Part shown: piece after piece, positions 26,955 to 37,155 of the stretch
How the letters are laid out: each line of letters opens with the position of its first letter
How positions within the stretch are numbered: the stretch's first letter is position 1
IMG/VR virus record: IMGVR_UViG_3300033181_000233
Location: 1 to 45,004 of that record
Length of the DNA: 45,004 nucleotides
Strand: one strand, 5' to 3'
DNA from: a virus
Taxonomy: Duplodnaviria > Caudoviricetes
Translations under genes and position numbers: made by a program
The notes under the pieces: model-generated
The model's database searches: none
Seen by the model: only the letters and a program-made list of their open reading frames with translations
Told to the model about the DNA's origin: nothing

Positions 26955-27820
26955 TGGCGGTCGGCACCGGCTTGTCGAAGGTGGAGTGGCTGGGCCCGGA
27001 CGGGTCCGTGTGGGACCTGCACGACGGCCGGTCGACGTTCCTGTTGCACGGGGTCGCGGGGTTCGGCGCGGCGCCGCGGTCGGTCGTGTCGGATGTGCTG
27101 CCCAGTGGGGGCGCGCTGGTTCGGTCGACGACGGTGGGACCGCGGACGGTGACGCTGCCGCTGCATCTGCGGACGGACAGCATGGACCAGTTCCTCGCGA
27201 CGTTCCCGCTGCTGCTGCGGTCGTTCACGGCGACGGCCCGGTCGGGTCCGGGGCAGCTGCGGGTGACCCGGCCTGACGGGTCTGTGCGGACGCTGGTGTG
27301 CTTCTACTCGGCCGGGTTGGACGCGGACGACGGGCGGGGCCTGCCCCGGACGACGGTGGCGCTGCAGCTGTTCGCGCCGGACCCCTTCTGGACGGAGACG
27401 GTCACCCGGCACGTCAGTTTCCCGTATGTGCCTGCCCGGCCGTACCTGGCGCCGTTCTTGACGGTGGCGCCGTCGCAGGCGCTGGGGTCGGCGGCTGTGA
27501 TGGTGGACGGGTCGGTGGAGACGTTCCCGACGTGGCGGCTGACGGGGCCCTTCACCCAGGCGACCTTGTCGAACGGGTCGGACTCGTTCACGGCCAACGC
27601 GACGTGCGCGGCGGGTGAGGTGTGGACGATCGACACGCGCCCGAGTGTCGCGTCCGCGACTTCGAGCACCGGGGCCAACCTGATCCCGTACCTGAACTGG
27701 CCGTACTCCACGCTGTGGCCGTTGCGGCCCGGTGAGAACGACCTGACGATCGCGCTGACCGGGGCTGCGACGGGCACGGTAGCTGACCTGTTTTACAGCT
27801 CCCGGAGCGAGACGCCGTGA
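26954..27820 (+). CDS. Distal tail protein
   Basis: Follows the tape measure; RTVTLPL, APDPFW and LWPLRPGEN. Confidence 0.85.
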   Translation: MAVGTGLSKVEWLGPDGSVWDLHDGRSTFLLHGVAGFGAAPRSVVSDVLPSGGALVRSTTVGPRTVTLPLHLRTDSMDQFLATFPLLLRSFTATARSGPGQLRVTRPDGSVRTLVCFYSAGLDADDGRGLPRTTVALQLFAPDPFWTETVTRHVSFPYVPARPYLAPFLTVAPSQALGSAAVMVDGSVETFPTWRLTGPFTQATLSNGSDSFTANATCAAGEVWTIDTRPSVASATSSTGANLIPYLNWPYSTLWPLRPGENDLTIALTGAATGTVADLFYSSRSETP

Positions 27821-28995
27821 GCGTGCTGGTGCTCGCCCGCACCCCGGATCTGACGGTGCAGGGGGTCGTGTCCGGCTGGACGGATCTGACGGCGACCCTG
27901 GCGTTCAACACGGTCGGGTCGTGGTCGCTGAAGATGGCCGCGACTCGGGCGAACCGGGCCCTGTTCACGCCGGGGTCCGGGGTGCAGATCTTCCGGGATG
28001 ACGACCTGTTCCTGTCCGGGCCGGTGGAGAGCATCGGGTTCACCCGGGACCCGTCGACGGACCCGGATCCGGGGACGTTGACGGTGGCCGGCGCCGACGA
28101 CCTGGTGTGGCTGTCGGACCGGATCGTGTACCCGGACCCGACGCAGCCGGCGACCAACCAGACCGCGGCCTCGAACTGGGTGGCCAGCGGCCCGGCGGGC
28201 ACGTTGATGGTGCAGCTGGTCGACACGCAGGTCGGCGCGAACGCGGCGGTGCCTCGGCGGGCGCCGCTGGTCCGGGTCGGTGTGGGCTCCGGTGTCGGCG
28301 CGTCGGTGGGGGTGAACGCCCGGTACTCACCGCTGATGGATGAGCTGCGGTCCCTGGCGTTGGCCGGCGGGGACCTGCGGATGGCGATGGTGCAGGTCGG
28401 GACCGCGTCCGGTCAGCGACTCCAGTTCAACGTGTCTCCCACCCGGGACCTGTCGGGCTCGGCCCGGTTCGGTTTCGACCTGGGCAACCTGCGAGCGGCG
28501 TCGTTCACCCAGCAGGCACCGACGGGCACCCGGGCGATCGTGGCCGCGCAGGGCGTGGGGACCGCCCGGAACATGGTGGAGTTCTCCGACCCGGCCGACG
28601 AGCAGTCGTGGTCCCGGCGGATCGAGCAGTTCGTCGACCAAAGGCAGACCAACGACCCGGTGATCCTCGCCCAGGCCGGCCGGGACGCTCTCGCTGCGGG
28701 CGCGGTCACGGTGTCGCTGGCGTCGACGACGGTGGACAGCCCGACGCTGCGGTTCGGCGCGGACGACCCGGCCGTCGGCATCGTCGGCTACGGCCTCGGG
28801 GATCAGGTGTCGGTGAGCCCGCTGCCCGGGGTCGCGGTGACCAACTCGGTCCGGCAGGTCGTCCTCACCGCGGTCAACTCCGACACGGGCCTTGTGACCG
28901 CGCTGGTGGGGGACCCGAACACGACCAGCGTGCCCAGCAATGTCCGCGCCATCCGTGCGCTCGGCGCCCGGCTCGCCCGATTGGAGAGCATCTGA
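27817..28995 (+). CDS. Minor tail / baseplate hub protein (ReqiPepy6 gp37-like)
   Basis: FNTVGSWSL, LSDRIVYPDP, RRIEQFVDQR and YGLGDQVSV. Confidence 0.85.
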   Translation: MSVLVLARTPDLTVQGVVSGWTDLTATLAFNTVGSWSLKMAATRANRALFTPGSGVQIFRDDDLFLSGPVESIGFTRDPSTDPDPGTLTVAGADDLVWLSDRIVYPDPTQPATNQTAASNWVASGPAGTLMVQLVDTQVGANAAVPRRAPLVRVGVGSGVGASVGVNARYSPLMDELRSLALAGGDLRMAMVQVGTASGQRLQFNVSPTRDLSGSARFGFDLGNLRAASFTQQAPTGTRAIVAAQGVGTARNMVEFSDPADEQSWSRRIEQFVDQRQTNDPVILAQAGRDALAAGAVTVSLASTTVDSPTLRFGADDPAVGIVGYGLGDQVSVSPLPGVAVTNSVRQVVLTAVNSDTGLVTALVGDPNTTSVPSNVRAIRALGARLARLESI

Positions 28996-29978
28996 TGGCG
29001 GAGGACAGCTACCCGCAGCCCGCCCGGAACGCGGGGCAGGTGACAACGCTGGAGTACCAGACGATGGCGAGCGGGTACGGCCCATCAGGGGTCCTCACCG
29101 GCAGCGCCCCGCTGGTGAACTCCCAGACCGCGACGATCCAGCTGCCCCCGATGACAGCGGTCCTGCAGGGCACCTTCTACAGCAACAGCTCGACGCTGAG
29201 CGTGGCGGTCCCGCAGAACAACACGGACGGCACGACCCGCATCGACGCCCTGGTGGTCCGGCTGACGAAGGCGACCGGCCTGGCCGCTGCGACGGTGGTC
29301 ACGGGGACCCCGGCGGCGAACCCAGCCCCGCCGACCCTGCTGAACAGCGCCGCGACCTTCGACCTGCCGTTGGCCTACTACCAGGTGCCGGCGGGGCAGC
29401 TGCCGACGCAGGTCGTGGACTGCCGGCAGCTGATCGGCGCCAACGTGTCGGCGAGCCCGCTGGCGTACCCGCCGCCGCTCCCGCGGCCGGGGAGCCGCTG
29501 GCTTCAGACGGACACCAGCTGGCAGCAGGTGTGGACCGGGGCCGGGTGGGTGCAGGACGGTGGTCCAGCGCCGTCCTCCGGCGGCCGGTTCGGTGGGGTC
29601 GTCGCCGGGTCGGCGGCCAGTTCCGGGATCCCTCTGGTCGTGGAGTCCGGGTCCGGGCTGATCCCGGGACCGTCGACGACGTCGCCGTTGACGGTGGCCC
29701 CGGGCGCGGGTGGCCGGTGGCGGGCGGCCGCCCGGATCCGGTTCAGCGGCGGTGCCGCCTCGGGCAGTTCCGCCGCCTGGCTGATCACCTCGGCCGACGG
29801 CATCCCGATGTACCTGCGGGCGGTCACGGGTGGGTCGACGGTGACCGCCTACGCGGAGACCGAGGTCGACCTGTCCGACGGCGACCGGCTCGCATTCGCC
29901 GTGACCCTGGCCGCTGGGGTCGCCATCAGCGGTGACAACTCGTCCGAGTCCGGGTTCACCTTCCGACGCGTCGCCTGA
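28995..29978 (+). CDS. Minor tail protein
   Basis: TRIDALVVRL...VVTGTPAANPAPPTL...DLPLA baseplate-type motif. Confidence 0.8.
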   Translation: MAEDSYPQPARNAGQVTTLEYQTMASGYGPSGVLTGSAPLVNSQTATIQLPPMTAVLQGTFYSNSSTLSVAVPQNNTDGTTRIDALVVRLTKATGLAAATVVTGTPAANPAPPTLLNSAATFDLPLAYYQVPAGQLPTQVVDCRQLIGANVSASPLAYPPPLPRPGSRWLQTDTSWQQVWTGAGWVQDGGPAPSSGGRFGGVVAGSAASSGIPLVVESGSGLIPGPSTTSPLTVAPGAGGRWRAAARIRFSGGAASGSSAAWLITSADGIPMYLRAVTGGSTVTAYAETEVDLSDGDRLAFAVTLAAGVAISGDNSSESGFTFRRVA

Positions 29979-29995
29979 AAGGGGCACCCGCAATC

Positions 29996-32056
29996 ATGGC
30001 CGTGACCAACAGGACCATTTCTTTCGCTTTCGAGGATTCCGCTGGACAGCCGATTCCCGGTGTGGTGGTGACGTTCACCCCGTCGGCGCCGATCATTCTG
30101 GATGGCGCGACGCGGGTGACGCAGCGGCCGATCACCGGGGCCACCGACGCGACCGGTGTCGGGTCGGTGTCCCTGATCCCCACCGACTACGCGGGCGCTG
30201 CCCCGTCGGGGTTCACCTACGGGGTGCAGGCCACGGCCCCCGGGTTGGCGCCGGCCGCGCAGTTCAACATTCCGGTGCCGGCGGGGACGACGCCGCTGGT
30301 GCTGCACTCGGTGGCCCCGGTCGCGCAGAGCGGTGTCACGTCGCCGTTCATCTCGGCGGCGCTGCTGGGCGCGCCGGGCGGTGTGCCGGTGCTGGGTTCG
30401 GACGGGTTGGTGCAGGCGTTGAACCTGCCGGCGACCGCGAACTCGTCCACCGACTCGACCGCACGCACGGCCGCCGCGGCCGCGCAGACCACCGCAACGG
30501 CCGCGCAGACGGCGTCGACCACAACCACGGCCGCGCTGTCCGCGAAGGCCCCGCTGGCGTCCCCGACGTTCACCGGCACGGTGGCTGTCCCAACCGCGAC
30601 CTCGGGCACCAACTCGACGGTGGCCGCGTCGACCGCGTTCGTCGCGGGCGCGGTGGGCGCTGTTGCGGCGGGTGGTACGCCGACCCCGCAGGCCAGTGCC
30701 ACCGCTCCCGGGACCATCCAGCTGGTCGGTGCGCTGGCCGGCACCGCCACGGCCCCGACCCTGGCCGCGAACTCGGTGGGCGCGGCTCAGGTGGCCGACG
30801 GGTCGCTGGGGTTGCTGGAGCTGGCTGCGGCCGTTAGGACCGAGTTGGTCGCCCCGTGGGCCGCGAACACCCCGTTCGTGGCGAATCAGGTCGTGGTGAA
30901 CCCGTCCGGTGCTGTGGTGGCGGCGCGGACCGCGCACACGTCGGCCGCGACCTACTCGGGCGCGACGAACTGGTTCGAGGTGGCCGGCGCGGCCGGCGCG
31001 GTACAGGACACCCCGTTCGGGATGCTGCTCCCCGGCGCCGGCGTCGTCGACTCGGGCGCATCGAACGGCGAGTGGTACTTCCCCGCCGCCGGCTACGTCA
31101 CCTACGGGCACCTGTCGCTGGGCGCCGCCCCCGGCGGCGGCAGCTACACCGCGCAGCTGTACAACAAGGTCAGCGGCGCCACGTACCTGTCGCTGGCGGC
31201 GGCGGCCGGCGCGACGGTCGCCGACGTGACCGGTCAGGCCGTCCAGGTCGCGGCCGGCTCACGAGTGGGTGTGCGCCGGACCACGGTCGGCGCTGCGGGT
31301 ACTGAGGGTTCGGACGCGACCGTGCAGTTCGGGGTCACCGCGACCGCCCCGGCCGGTGTGCCGGTGACGCAGCCGACCGCTGCCCCTGCCGCGACGACCG
31401 CGGTCATCACCCGTGGGAACGTCAGCTCGGGCAGCAACTCGGCTCTCGCCACGTCGATCAACTGGGCGCACACGGTCGCGTCGGGCGTCACGCAGCTGGT
31501 GATCGCGGTCGGCAACAGCTGCGGCACCACCGCCAGCGGCGTCCTCGACACCCCCGCCGCCGTCACCTGCACGGCCGGCACTGCGACACGGATCGGCCGG
31601 ACCCAGACGACCAGCGGGTACGGCAGGAACGTCGAGTTGTGGTCGGTGCCGAACCCGGCGGCGGGCGCGGCTACCATCACCGTCACCGCAGCGATCCCCG
31701 CGGGCGCTACGCAAACCGGGTTCGCGATCACGGGCACGGCCACCGGCTACGCCGCCAACTACGGTCTGTCCCCGGCGCCGGTGACGGCGATGACCGCTTC
31801 CGCGACGTCGGTGTCCGCGGCTGTCACGGACGCGACCCGCGCCGGGTCGCTGGTCCTCGCCGCGTGCTGCGCGCGGGCGACCGCGGGCCCGGCGGTCGGT
31901 GGCACGGGCGGCACGCTGGTGCAGTCGGCGCTCGCCGTCACAAACGATGCGCTGTCGTTCGCCGAGTTCACCGGCGGTTCTGCGTCGGTTAACCCGACGT
32001 TCACCATCGGGGCTGCTGACCAGATGGCCCTCGCGGCTGTCACGATCGGCGTCTGA
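29996..32056 (+). CDS. Tail fibre-like protein
   Basis: KAPLASPTFTGT..VPT..STVAASTAFV fibre repeat, a WAANTPFVANQVV carbohydrate-binding-like motif, and a beta-rich C-terminus. Confidence 0.8.
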   Translation: MAVTNRTISFAFEDSAGQPIPGVVVTFTPSAPIILDGATRVTQRPITGATDATGVGSVSLIPTDYAGAAPSGFTYGVQATAPGLAPAAQFNIPVPAGTTPLVLHSVAPVAQSGVTSPFISAALLGAPGGVPVLGSDGLVQALNLPATANSSTDSTARTAAAAAQTTATAAQTASTTTTAALSAKAPLASPTFTGTVAVPTATSGTNSTVAASTAFVAGAVGAVAAGGTPTPQASATAPGTIQLVGALAGTATAPTLAANSVGAAQVADGSLGLLELAAAVRTELVAPWAANTPFVANQVVVNPSGAVVAARTAHTSAATYSGATNWFEVAGAAGAVQDTPFGMLLPGAGVVDSGASNGEWYFPAAGYVTYGHLSLGAAPGGGSYTAQLYNKVSGATYLSLAAAAGATVADVTGQAVQVAAGSRVGVRRTTVGAAGTEGSDATVQFGVTATAPAGVPVTQPTAAPAATTAVITRGNVSSGSNSALATSINWAHTVASGVTQLVIAVGNSCGTTASGVLDTPAAVTCTAGTATRIGRTQTTSGYGRNVELWSVPNPAAGAATITVTAAIPAGATQTGFAITGTATGYAANYGLSPAPVTAMTASATSVSAAVTDATRAGSLVLAACCARATAGPAVGGTGGTLVQSALAVTNDALSFAEFTGGSASVNPTFTIGAADQMALAAVTIGV

Positions 32057-33648
32057 TGCCGACACTGCTCCTGGCCCGCCGGCCATCGGTCCCGGTTCCG
32101 GCGACCCGGACCATCACGTTCGACGCGGTCGGGTCCCGGGTCCGCGCCGAACTGAAGGTGTTCACCGATTGGCTGGCCGCGAACAACGTCCGCGGCCTGG
32201 TCGGTGAGGTCGGGGTCCCCGGGACGTCGACGGCCGGGTCGGACCCGAACGCGGACCCCGCGTGGGACGCCGCGTTCGACGGGTGGTACGCAGCGGCGGA
32301 CGCCGCTGGGCTCGCGGTGACCGCGTGGACGTCCTCGGAGTGGGGTGTCGGGCTCCGCGCGTTCCGGAACCTCGCGGGGGATAACTCGCCGCTGAGCATC
32401 ACGACCAGCTCCGGCACGGTGCTGAAGCGGTGGCCGGGCCCGTTGCGGGGCGTGAACCTGGCTGGGCCGGAGTTCGGTGACGCCGGGCCGAGTGCGCCGC
32501 TCTCCCCCCGGCCGGGCGTGTTCGGCAGCCAGTACTACTACCCGCAGCAGGGGTCCTGGCAGTACCTCGGCGCCCAGGGCGTGAAGCTGGTCCGACTGCC
32601 CTACCGGTGGGAGCGGTTGCAGCCGGCGCTGAACGGGCCGCTGGACACCACCGAGCTCGGCAGGATCCGCACGGCCCTCGGCTACGCCGCGGCCGCCGGG
32701 ATCGCGGTGTTGCTGGACATGCACAACTACGCCCGATACACCCAGGCCGACGCGACCACCATCCTCGACCTCGGCCAGCCGAACCCGGCCGGCGGGACCA
32801 TGACCGACGCGTTCGTCGACCACTGGGCGAAGGTGAGCGGTGCTCTCACGGGCACCGCTGGACTGTACGGCTACGGGCTGACGAACGAACCGCACGACCT
32901 GACCGTGCCCGCTGGGAGCGCGGCGGGAACGCAGCCCTACCAGGTCTGGCAGACCGCCTCATCCGCCGCCGTGGAAGCGATCCGCGCCGTCGACTGGGCG
33001 GCGCCCTCGACCATCACGGTGTGCGGCTACAACTACGGCAACACCCACGCCTGGGCATCGCTCAACGGTGGTACGGCGTGGCTGTACACGACCATCCCCG
33101 CCGGGCAGACCGGCGCCGGCCAGCCCCGCAATGCCGACCCGAACGTCCTGTTCGAGGCGCACCACTACTTCGACACCGACCACTCCGGCACCTACGCAGG
33201 CACCGAAGCCACGACACGGGACTCCGCTGTCACCGCTGGGTACACCGCCGGGCAGGTCACCGTGACGGGTTCGCCGAGCCCTTCTCGGCCCCCGGCCCCC
33301 GTGCCAACGACCACGCCAGCGCTGTCCGCCGCGGGCGGTGTCGGCCTGGTCACGCTGACGTTCACCGCTGCCCCGACCGGGCAGACCGTGTCGATTTTCC
33401 GGGGCGTGTCGGCGGGCGCGGAAAGCGCGACCCCCATCGTCACCGGCCTGACAACCACAACCTTCACGAACCCGGAGCGGGTCGCCGGCACCTACTACTA
33501 CCAGGCCGCGTACGTGAACGCGGACGGGACGGCGGGGCCGAGGTCGGCGGAGGCGTCGGGCACCGCCACAGCGCAGGCGGGAACCGCCTACACCCAGGCT
33601 GACCCCGGGGCCGCGACCTACACGTTCACCGCTGACAACGCGGCCTAG
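32056..33648 (+). CDS. GH5-family glycoside hydrolase (circularly permuted) with an FnIII-like domain
   Basis: GVNLAGPEFG, RLPYRWERLQP, LLDMHNYARY, GLTNEPHD and FEAHHYFD. The WL..N.VRGLVGEVG block lies at the N-terminus. Confidence 0.85.
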   Translation: MPTLLLARRPSVPVPATRTITFDAVGSRVRAELKVFTDWLAANNVRGLVGEVGVPGTSTAGSDPNADPAWDAAFDGWYAAADAAGLAVTAWTSSEWGVGLRAFRNLAGDNSPLSITTSSGTVLKRWPGPLRGVNLAGPEFGDAGPSAPLSPRPGVFGSQYYYPQQGSWQYLGAQGVKLVRLPYRWERLQPALNGPLDTTELGRIRTALGYAAAAGIAVLLDMHNYARYTQADATTILDLGQPNPAGGTMTDAFVDHWAKVSGALTGTAGLYGYGLTNEPHDLTVPAGSAAGTQPYQVWQTASSAAVEAIRAVDWAAPSTITVCGYNYGNTHAWASLNGGTAWLYTTIPAGQTGAGQPRNADPNVLFEAHHYFDTDHSGTYAGTEATTRDSAVTAGYTAGQVTVTGSPSPSRPPAPVPTTTPALSAAGGVGLVTLTFTAAPTGQTVSIFRGVSAGAESATPIVTGLTTTTFTNPERVAGTYYYQAAYVNADGTAGPRSAEASGTATAQAGTAYTQADPGAATYTFTADNAA

Positions 33649-33662
33649 GCAGGGAGGCTCCG

Positions 33663-35777
33663 ATGCTCACAGCAGGCGCGACCGTCACCACCATCACCGA
33701 CCCCGTCAGCTCCGCGACACTCACCTGGGACACCGCGTCATCCCAGCCCGCGACCTACCGCACGGACGGCCCCGGCGGGACCCCCTACGTCGACAGCAAC
33801 GGTGGCGCGGTCCTCCACAGCTCCCCGATCACTCTCGGCACCCAAGCCACGATCATCGCGATCGTCCGCAAACCGACCCCCGTCGGGTCACCCAACACGG
33901 CCACGTCGATGCCGGCGGGTGACCACGCATCCCTGCTCAGCACACCCTCGTTCGACCTGTACATCGGCTACACGGACCTGACCCGGACCCAGGCCACGAT
34001 GCCGTGGGCGAACAACGCGATCGACGGGTCGGGCAGCGCGCTGGAACGCATGTGGATCAACGGCGCCGAGGTCGGCATCGGATCCCAGGACATCACCACC
34101 GACTGGGCGATCGTCACCATCCAGATCCGCGGGCTCCCCGCCGGGACATCGGTGATGGCGGTCAATAAGAGCAGCGGCGGCGTCGGGGTCCGTGACGTGC
34201 AGGTCAGGCACATCGAGGTGTTCGCGAGTCAGTTGTTGACCTTGCCGCAGCTGAACTACCGACACGGCCAGCTCGGGACCAAACACCAGATCCCCGTGCA
34301 CGACGCCACCGCTGTCCCCGCGACCAAAGCCCGGATGCACGCCCCGATCGCTCTGATGAACCGCAGGCGGGTCCTCGACGGTTCCGACGTCGACTCCTAC
34401 CGGGACTGGGCCGCGCGCGCGGTTCGCCAGCTGAAGTACACGACCACCGCGAACGCGCAGGGCGTGACGGGATACTACGCCAACCCGGCGCAGCTGTCGA
34501 TCAACAAGGGGTCGTACTCGATCCCCGTGTACGTGGTCCCGCAGGCGACCCCGCGGGTCCGGGTCGGGTTCATCGGTTATTCCGCGCAGCGCACACAGAA
34601 CGCGGACAGTGCTGTGTCCGGACTCGGGGCCCGGATGGCGTCGGTGCCGCTGCCCCCACTGGCCACCATTCAGTCTGGGACGAATCAGCAGTTCGTCTTG
34701 GGCGCCGCCGCTGCGGCCGGCGCGACCACGCTGCAAGTACTCAAGGGACCGAAGGCGTCAGCCACCGACACTGGCTGCGTCCCCTACCTGTTCCCCGCAG
34801 GCGTCCAATACATCATCGAGCCGGGCACCGCGAACTCGGAGGTCTTCACCGGCACCGAGTCGTTCGACCAGGAGAAACTGAACGCGCCCACCGACACTAC
34901 CCAGCCGTACCCGTGGCTGATCACCGCGCTGACGAACGCGCACCCCGCGGGGGCGCTATTCCAGCGGGCGCATCAGATCGAAGCGGATGGCAACGACAAG
35001 CACTGCGGGATCCTCTGCCCCACCGGGAACGTCGCCGGGGACGGTGTCCAGATCGTGGAGTTCTTCGAGCTGTGGGGGCTACGTCCGTCATTGGTCTCCC
35101 CCAGCGGGTGGGCGTTCGCTTTCGGCGGGTACTGCGATGACTTCTTCCACTGGAACGGGGTCTTCAAATACACGTGGGGCTCTCGTGCGTGCGGGCTGTC
35201 GATGCTATCCGGCCTGGTCACGGTCGCTGAGTGGCAGGCCGCTGCTGACGCCGCCACCGCCGCCAGTGGGGACGTCACCAAGTACCGGGACGCCATCCCG
35301 CACGCCATCGGCGTCGGGTACGTGGTCACCGGCAGCGACTACGGCGCGGGAATCAGTCAGGGCACGCGGCTGACGAACATCGCCCCAGCGAACCGGTGGG
35401 ACGGGACGAACTACTCCGGAGTAAAGGCCGGCGCGGCGACCGCCATTTCACAGGATCGTATGGTGATGGGGTCCCGGTGGGCGCTCTCTCACACGGTCAC
35501 TGACGCGCAGATCCTCGCGTGGGTCAATTCGGCGGCCGTCGTAGATCAGCCGTACCGGGTCGCGGTGGGGTTCGCGCTCCGCGACTACGGCGCGGTCACG
35601 ATCGACACCACCACCGGGGCTGCCGCGATCTACGTCGAGGACGAAAGGGCATCCAAGGCCGGTTTCGGTTTCGGCGCGGCGACCAGCTCGATCCCGTCGG
35701 AGTGGCGGATCCGTGACGCGGTCCTGTCTGCGATCCAGACGTTTGCCGTGGAGTCCCTGCTGCCGGTAATGGCCTGA
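33663..35777 (+). CDS. Large multidomain tail-associated protein (lectin-like N-terminus, enzyme-like C-terminus)
   Basis: GGGAGG RBS; beta-sandwich-like N-terminal part; C-terminal WGSRACGL...IPHAI...PANRWDG...DYGAVTID. Confidence 0.7.
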   Translation: MLTAGATVTTITDPVSSATLTWDTASSQPATYRTDGPGGTPYVDSNGGAVLHSSPITLGTQATIIAIVRKPTPVGSPNTATSMPAGDHASLLSTPSFDLYIGYTDLTRTQATMPWANNAIDGSGSALERMWINGAEVGIGSQDITTDWAIVTIQIRGLPAGTSVMAVNKSSGGVGVRDVQVRHIEVFASQLLTLPQLNYRHGQLGTKHQIPVHDATAVPATKARMHAPIALMNRRRVLDGSDVDSYRDWAARAVRQLKYTTTANAQGVTGYYANPAQLSINKGSYSIPVYVVPQATPRVRVGFIGYSAQRTQNADSAVSGLGARMASVPLPPLATIQSGTNQQFVLGAAAAAGATTLQVLKGPKASATDTGCVPYLFPAGVQYIIEPGTANSEVFTGTESFDQEKLNAPTDTTQPYPWLITALTNAHPAGALFQRAHQIEADGNDKHCGILCPTGNVAGDGVQIVEFFELWGLRPSLVSPSGWAFAFGGYCDDFFHWNGVFKYTWGSRACGLSMLSGLVTVAEWQAAADAATAASGDVTKYRDAIPHAIGVGYVVTGSDYGAGISQGTRLTNIAPANRWDGTNYSGVKAGAATAISQDRMVMGSRWALSHTVTDAQILAWVNSAAVVDQPYRVAVGFALRDYGAVTIDTTTGAAAIYVEDERASKAGFGFGAATSSIPSEWRIRDAVLSAIQTFAVESLLPVMA

Positions 35778-35789
35778 GGGGTAGGCGCC

Positions 35790-35903
35790 ATGCCTGATCT
35801 TTTGCGGGCCCCGCCGCCCGCGCCGGTCACGCAACCGACACCCACACCGGTTCCCGCGCTGTTCGACGTGGGCCGGTTCGATATCGACACGTTCGGGAGC
35901 TGA
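35790..35903 (+). CDS. 37-aa Pro-rich peptide
   Basis: MPDLLRAPPPAPVTQPTPTPVPALFDVGRFDIDTFGS; fills the gap exactly and has a purine-rich leader. Confidence 0.55.
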   Translation: MPDLLRAPPPAPVTQPTPTPVPALFDVGRFDIDTFGS

Positions 35904-35906
35904 CGC

Positions 35907-37154
35907 ATGGCCTACACCGCCCCACCCCTAGCCGTCACGCAGGCGGCCGTCACAACGGCCGGCTGGAACGCCATCCGCGACGACCTCGCCGACCACCAGG
36001 GCCGGATCACCACCCTTGAGACCGCGCCGGCACCGGCCAGCGGCGGGACTCTCACGGGCGGGTACATCTACCTGGACAGCTACACACAGGCAAGCGACGA
36101 CGACAAGCTGACTGCCGCCATGGCCGATGCGCAGGCGGCCACGTACCGCCCGACGATCCGGCTGATGAACCGGGCCTACACCTTTGCCATTCAGCGGGTC
36201 CTGTACGACGGATTCCGCATCGAAGGCCCACCCGGGTACAGCAACGCCGAAAAGGGTTCGGCGAACATGGCCTGCCAGGTCACCCTAAACGGTGGCGGGG
36301 TCTGGCTGACCGGGTCCTCGACGGCTTCCACGTTCGATGTCTACGTCGGTCAGATCGACTTCAAGGGCAGCAGCTCCACCCAATTCATGGCGTCCCCGAC
36401 GCAGACCCTGTACTGCTGCATGCTCCGAGACCTGACCTTCTCCGGGTTCAAATCGGTACTCGGTTCGCAGGCCGCGAAGATGCTGATCACCCTGTGCCAG
36501 TTCGACGGGTACTGGGAGGTCAACAACAGCTACAACGGCGCTATCCACCTGGGCGGCTCCGACAACATCGGTTTGTGGCCGGCCGGGATGGCGCTGGACT
36601 CGGGCACCGCGTTCGCCACCGCCGGGGCCGCGAACGGCCAATACCACCTGTGGCTCGATGGGTTGGAGAAGTCCACGATCGGTCCGCTGTACATCACGGC
36701 TGAGGGCGCGTGGAACGGCGTCCGGGTCACCGGCTCGGGCATCGGGTCCACGTCGAACAACCAGGGCGGCCCCCTCGACTTCTGGTCCCCCAAGATCGAG
36801 GGACGCAATGCCGGGGCCCCGTGCAACGGCTCGCTTCTCCGCGTCGAGGGCGGGATCGTGAACATCAACGGTGGCTGGATCTCCTACGGCATGGCGAGTC
36901 CGGCGACTCCCGGGCATTCCCCTGCCGACGCCGGGATCATCCACCAGACCGGCGGGCAGCTCAGTGTCAGCAAGACCACCTACGACCACGCATCCGCGGT
37001 GGCCGAGGCGGTGCCGTTCATATACAGCGCGGGCGGCATCGCCTACGTCGACAAGATCTGGCGCGCATCCAAGGGCGGCGTCTGGACCGGCCTGCCCCGC
37101 TACACCGCGGCCGGGGGGACGGTCAACGCGGACGCCTCCGTCACGGCCGTCTGA
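35907..37154 (+). CDS. Tailspike-like protein, probable beta-helix depolymerase
   Basis: Short anchor with a coil (WNAIRDDLADHQGRITTLE), a DDDKLTAAM cap, then Gly/Asn/aromatic beta-rungs. Confidence 0.6.
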   Translation: MAYTAPPLAVTQAAVTTAGWNAIRDDLADHQGRITTLETAPAPASGGTLTGGYIYLDSYTQASDDDKLTAAMADAQAATYRPTIRLMNRAYTFAIQRVLYDGFRIEGPPGYSNAEKGSANMACQVTLNGGGVWLTGSSTASTFDVYVGQIDFKGSSSTQFMASPTQTLYCCMLRDLTFSGFKSVLGSQAAKMLITLCQFDGYWEVNNSYNGAIHLGGSDNIGLWPAGMALDSGTAFATAGAANGQYHLWLDGLEKSTIGPLYITAEGAWNGVRVTGSGIGSTSNNQGGPLDFWSPKIEGRNAGAPCNGSLLRVEGGIVNINGGWISYGMASPATPGHSPADAGIIHQTGGQLSVSKTTYDHASAVAEAVPFIYSAGGIAYVDKIWRASKGGVWTGLPRYTAAGGTVNADASVTAV

Positions 37155-37155
37155 C

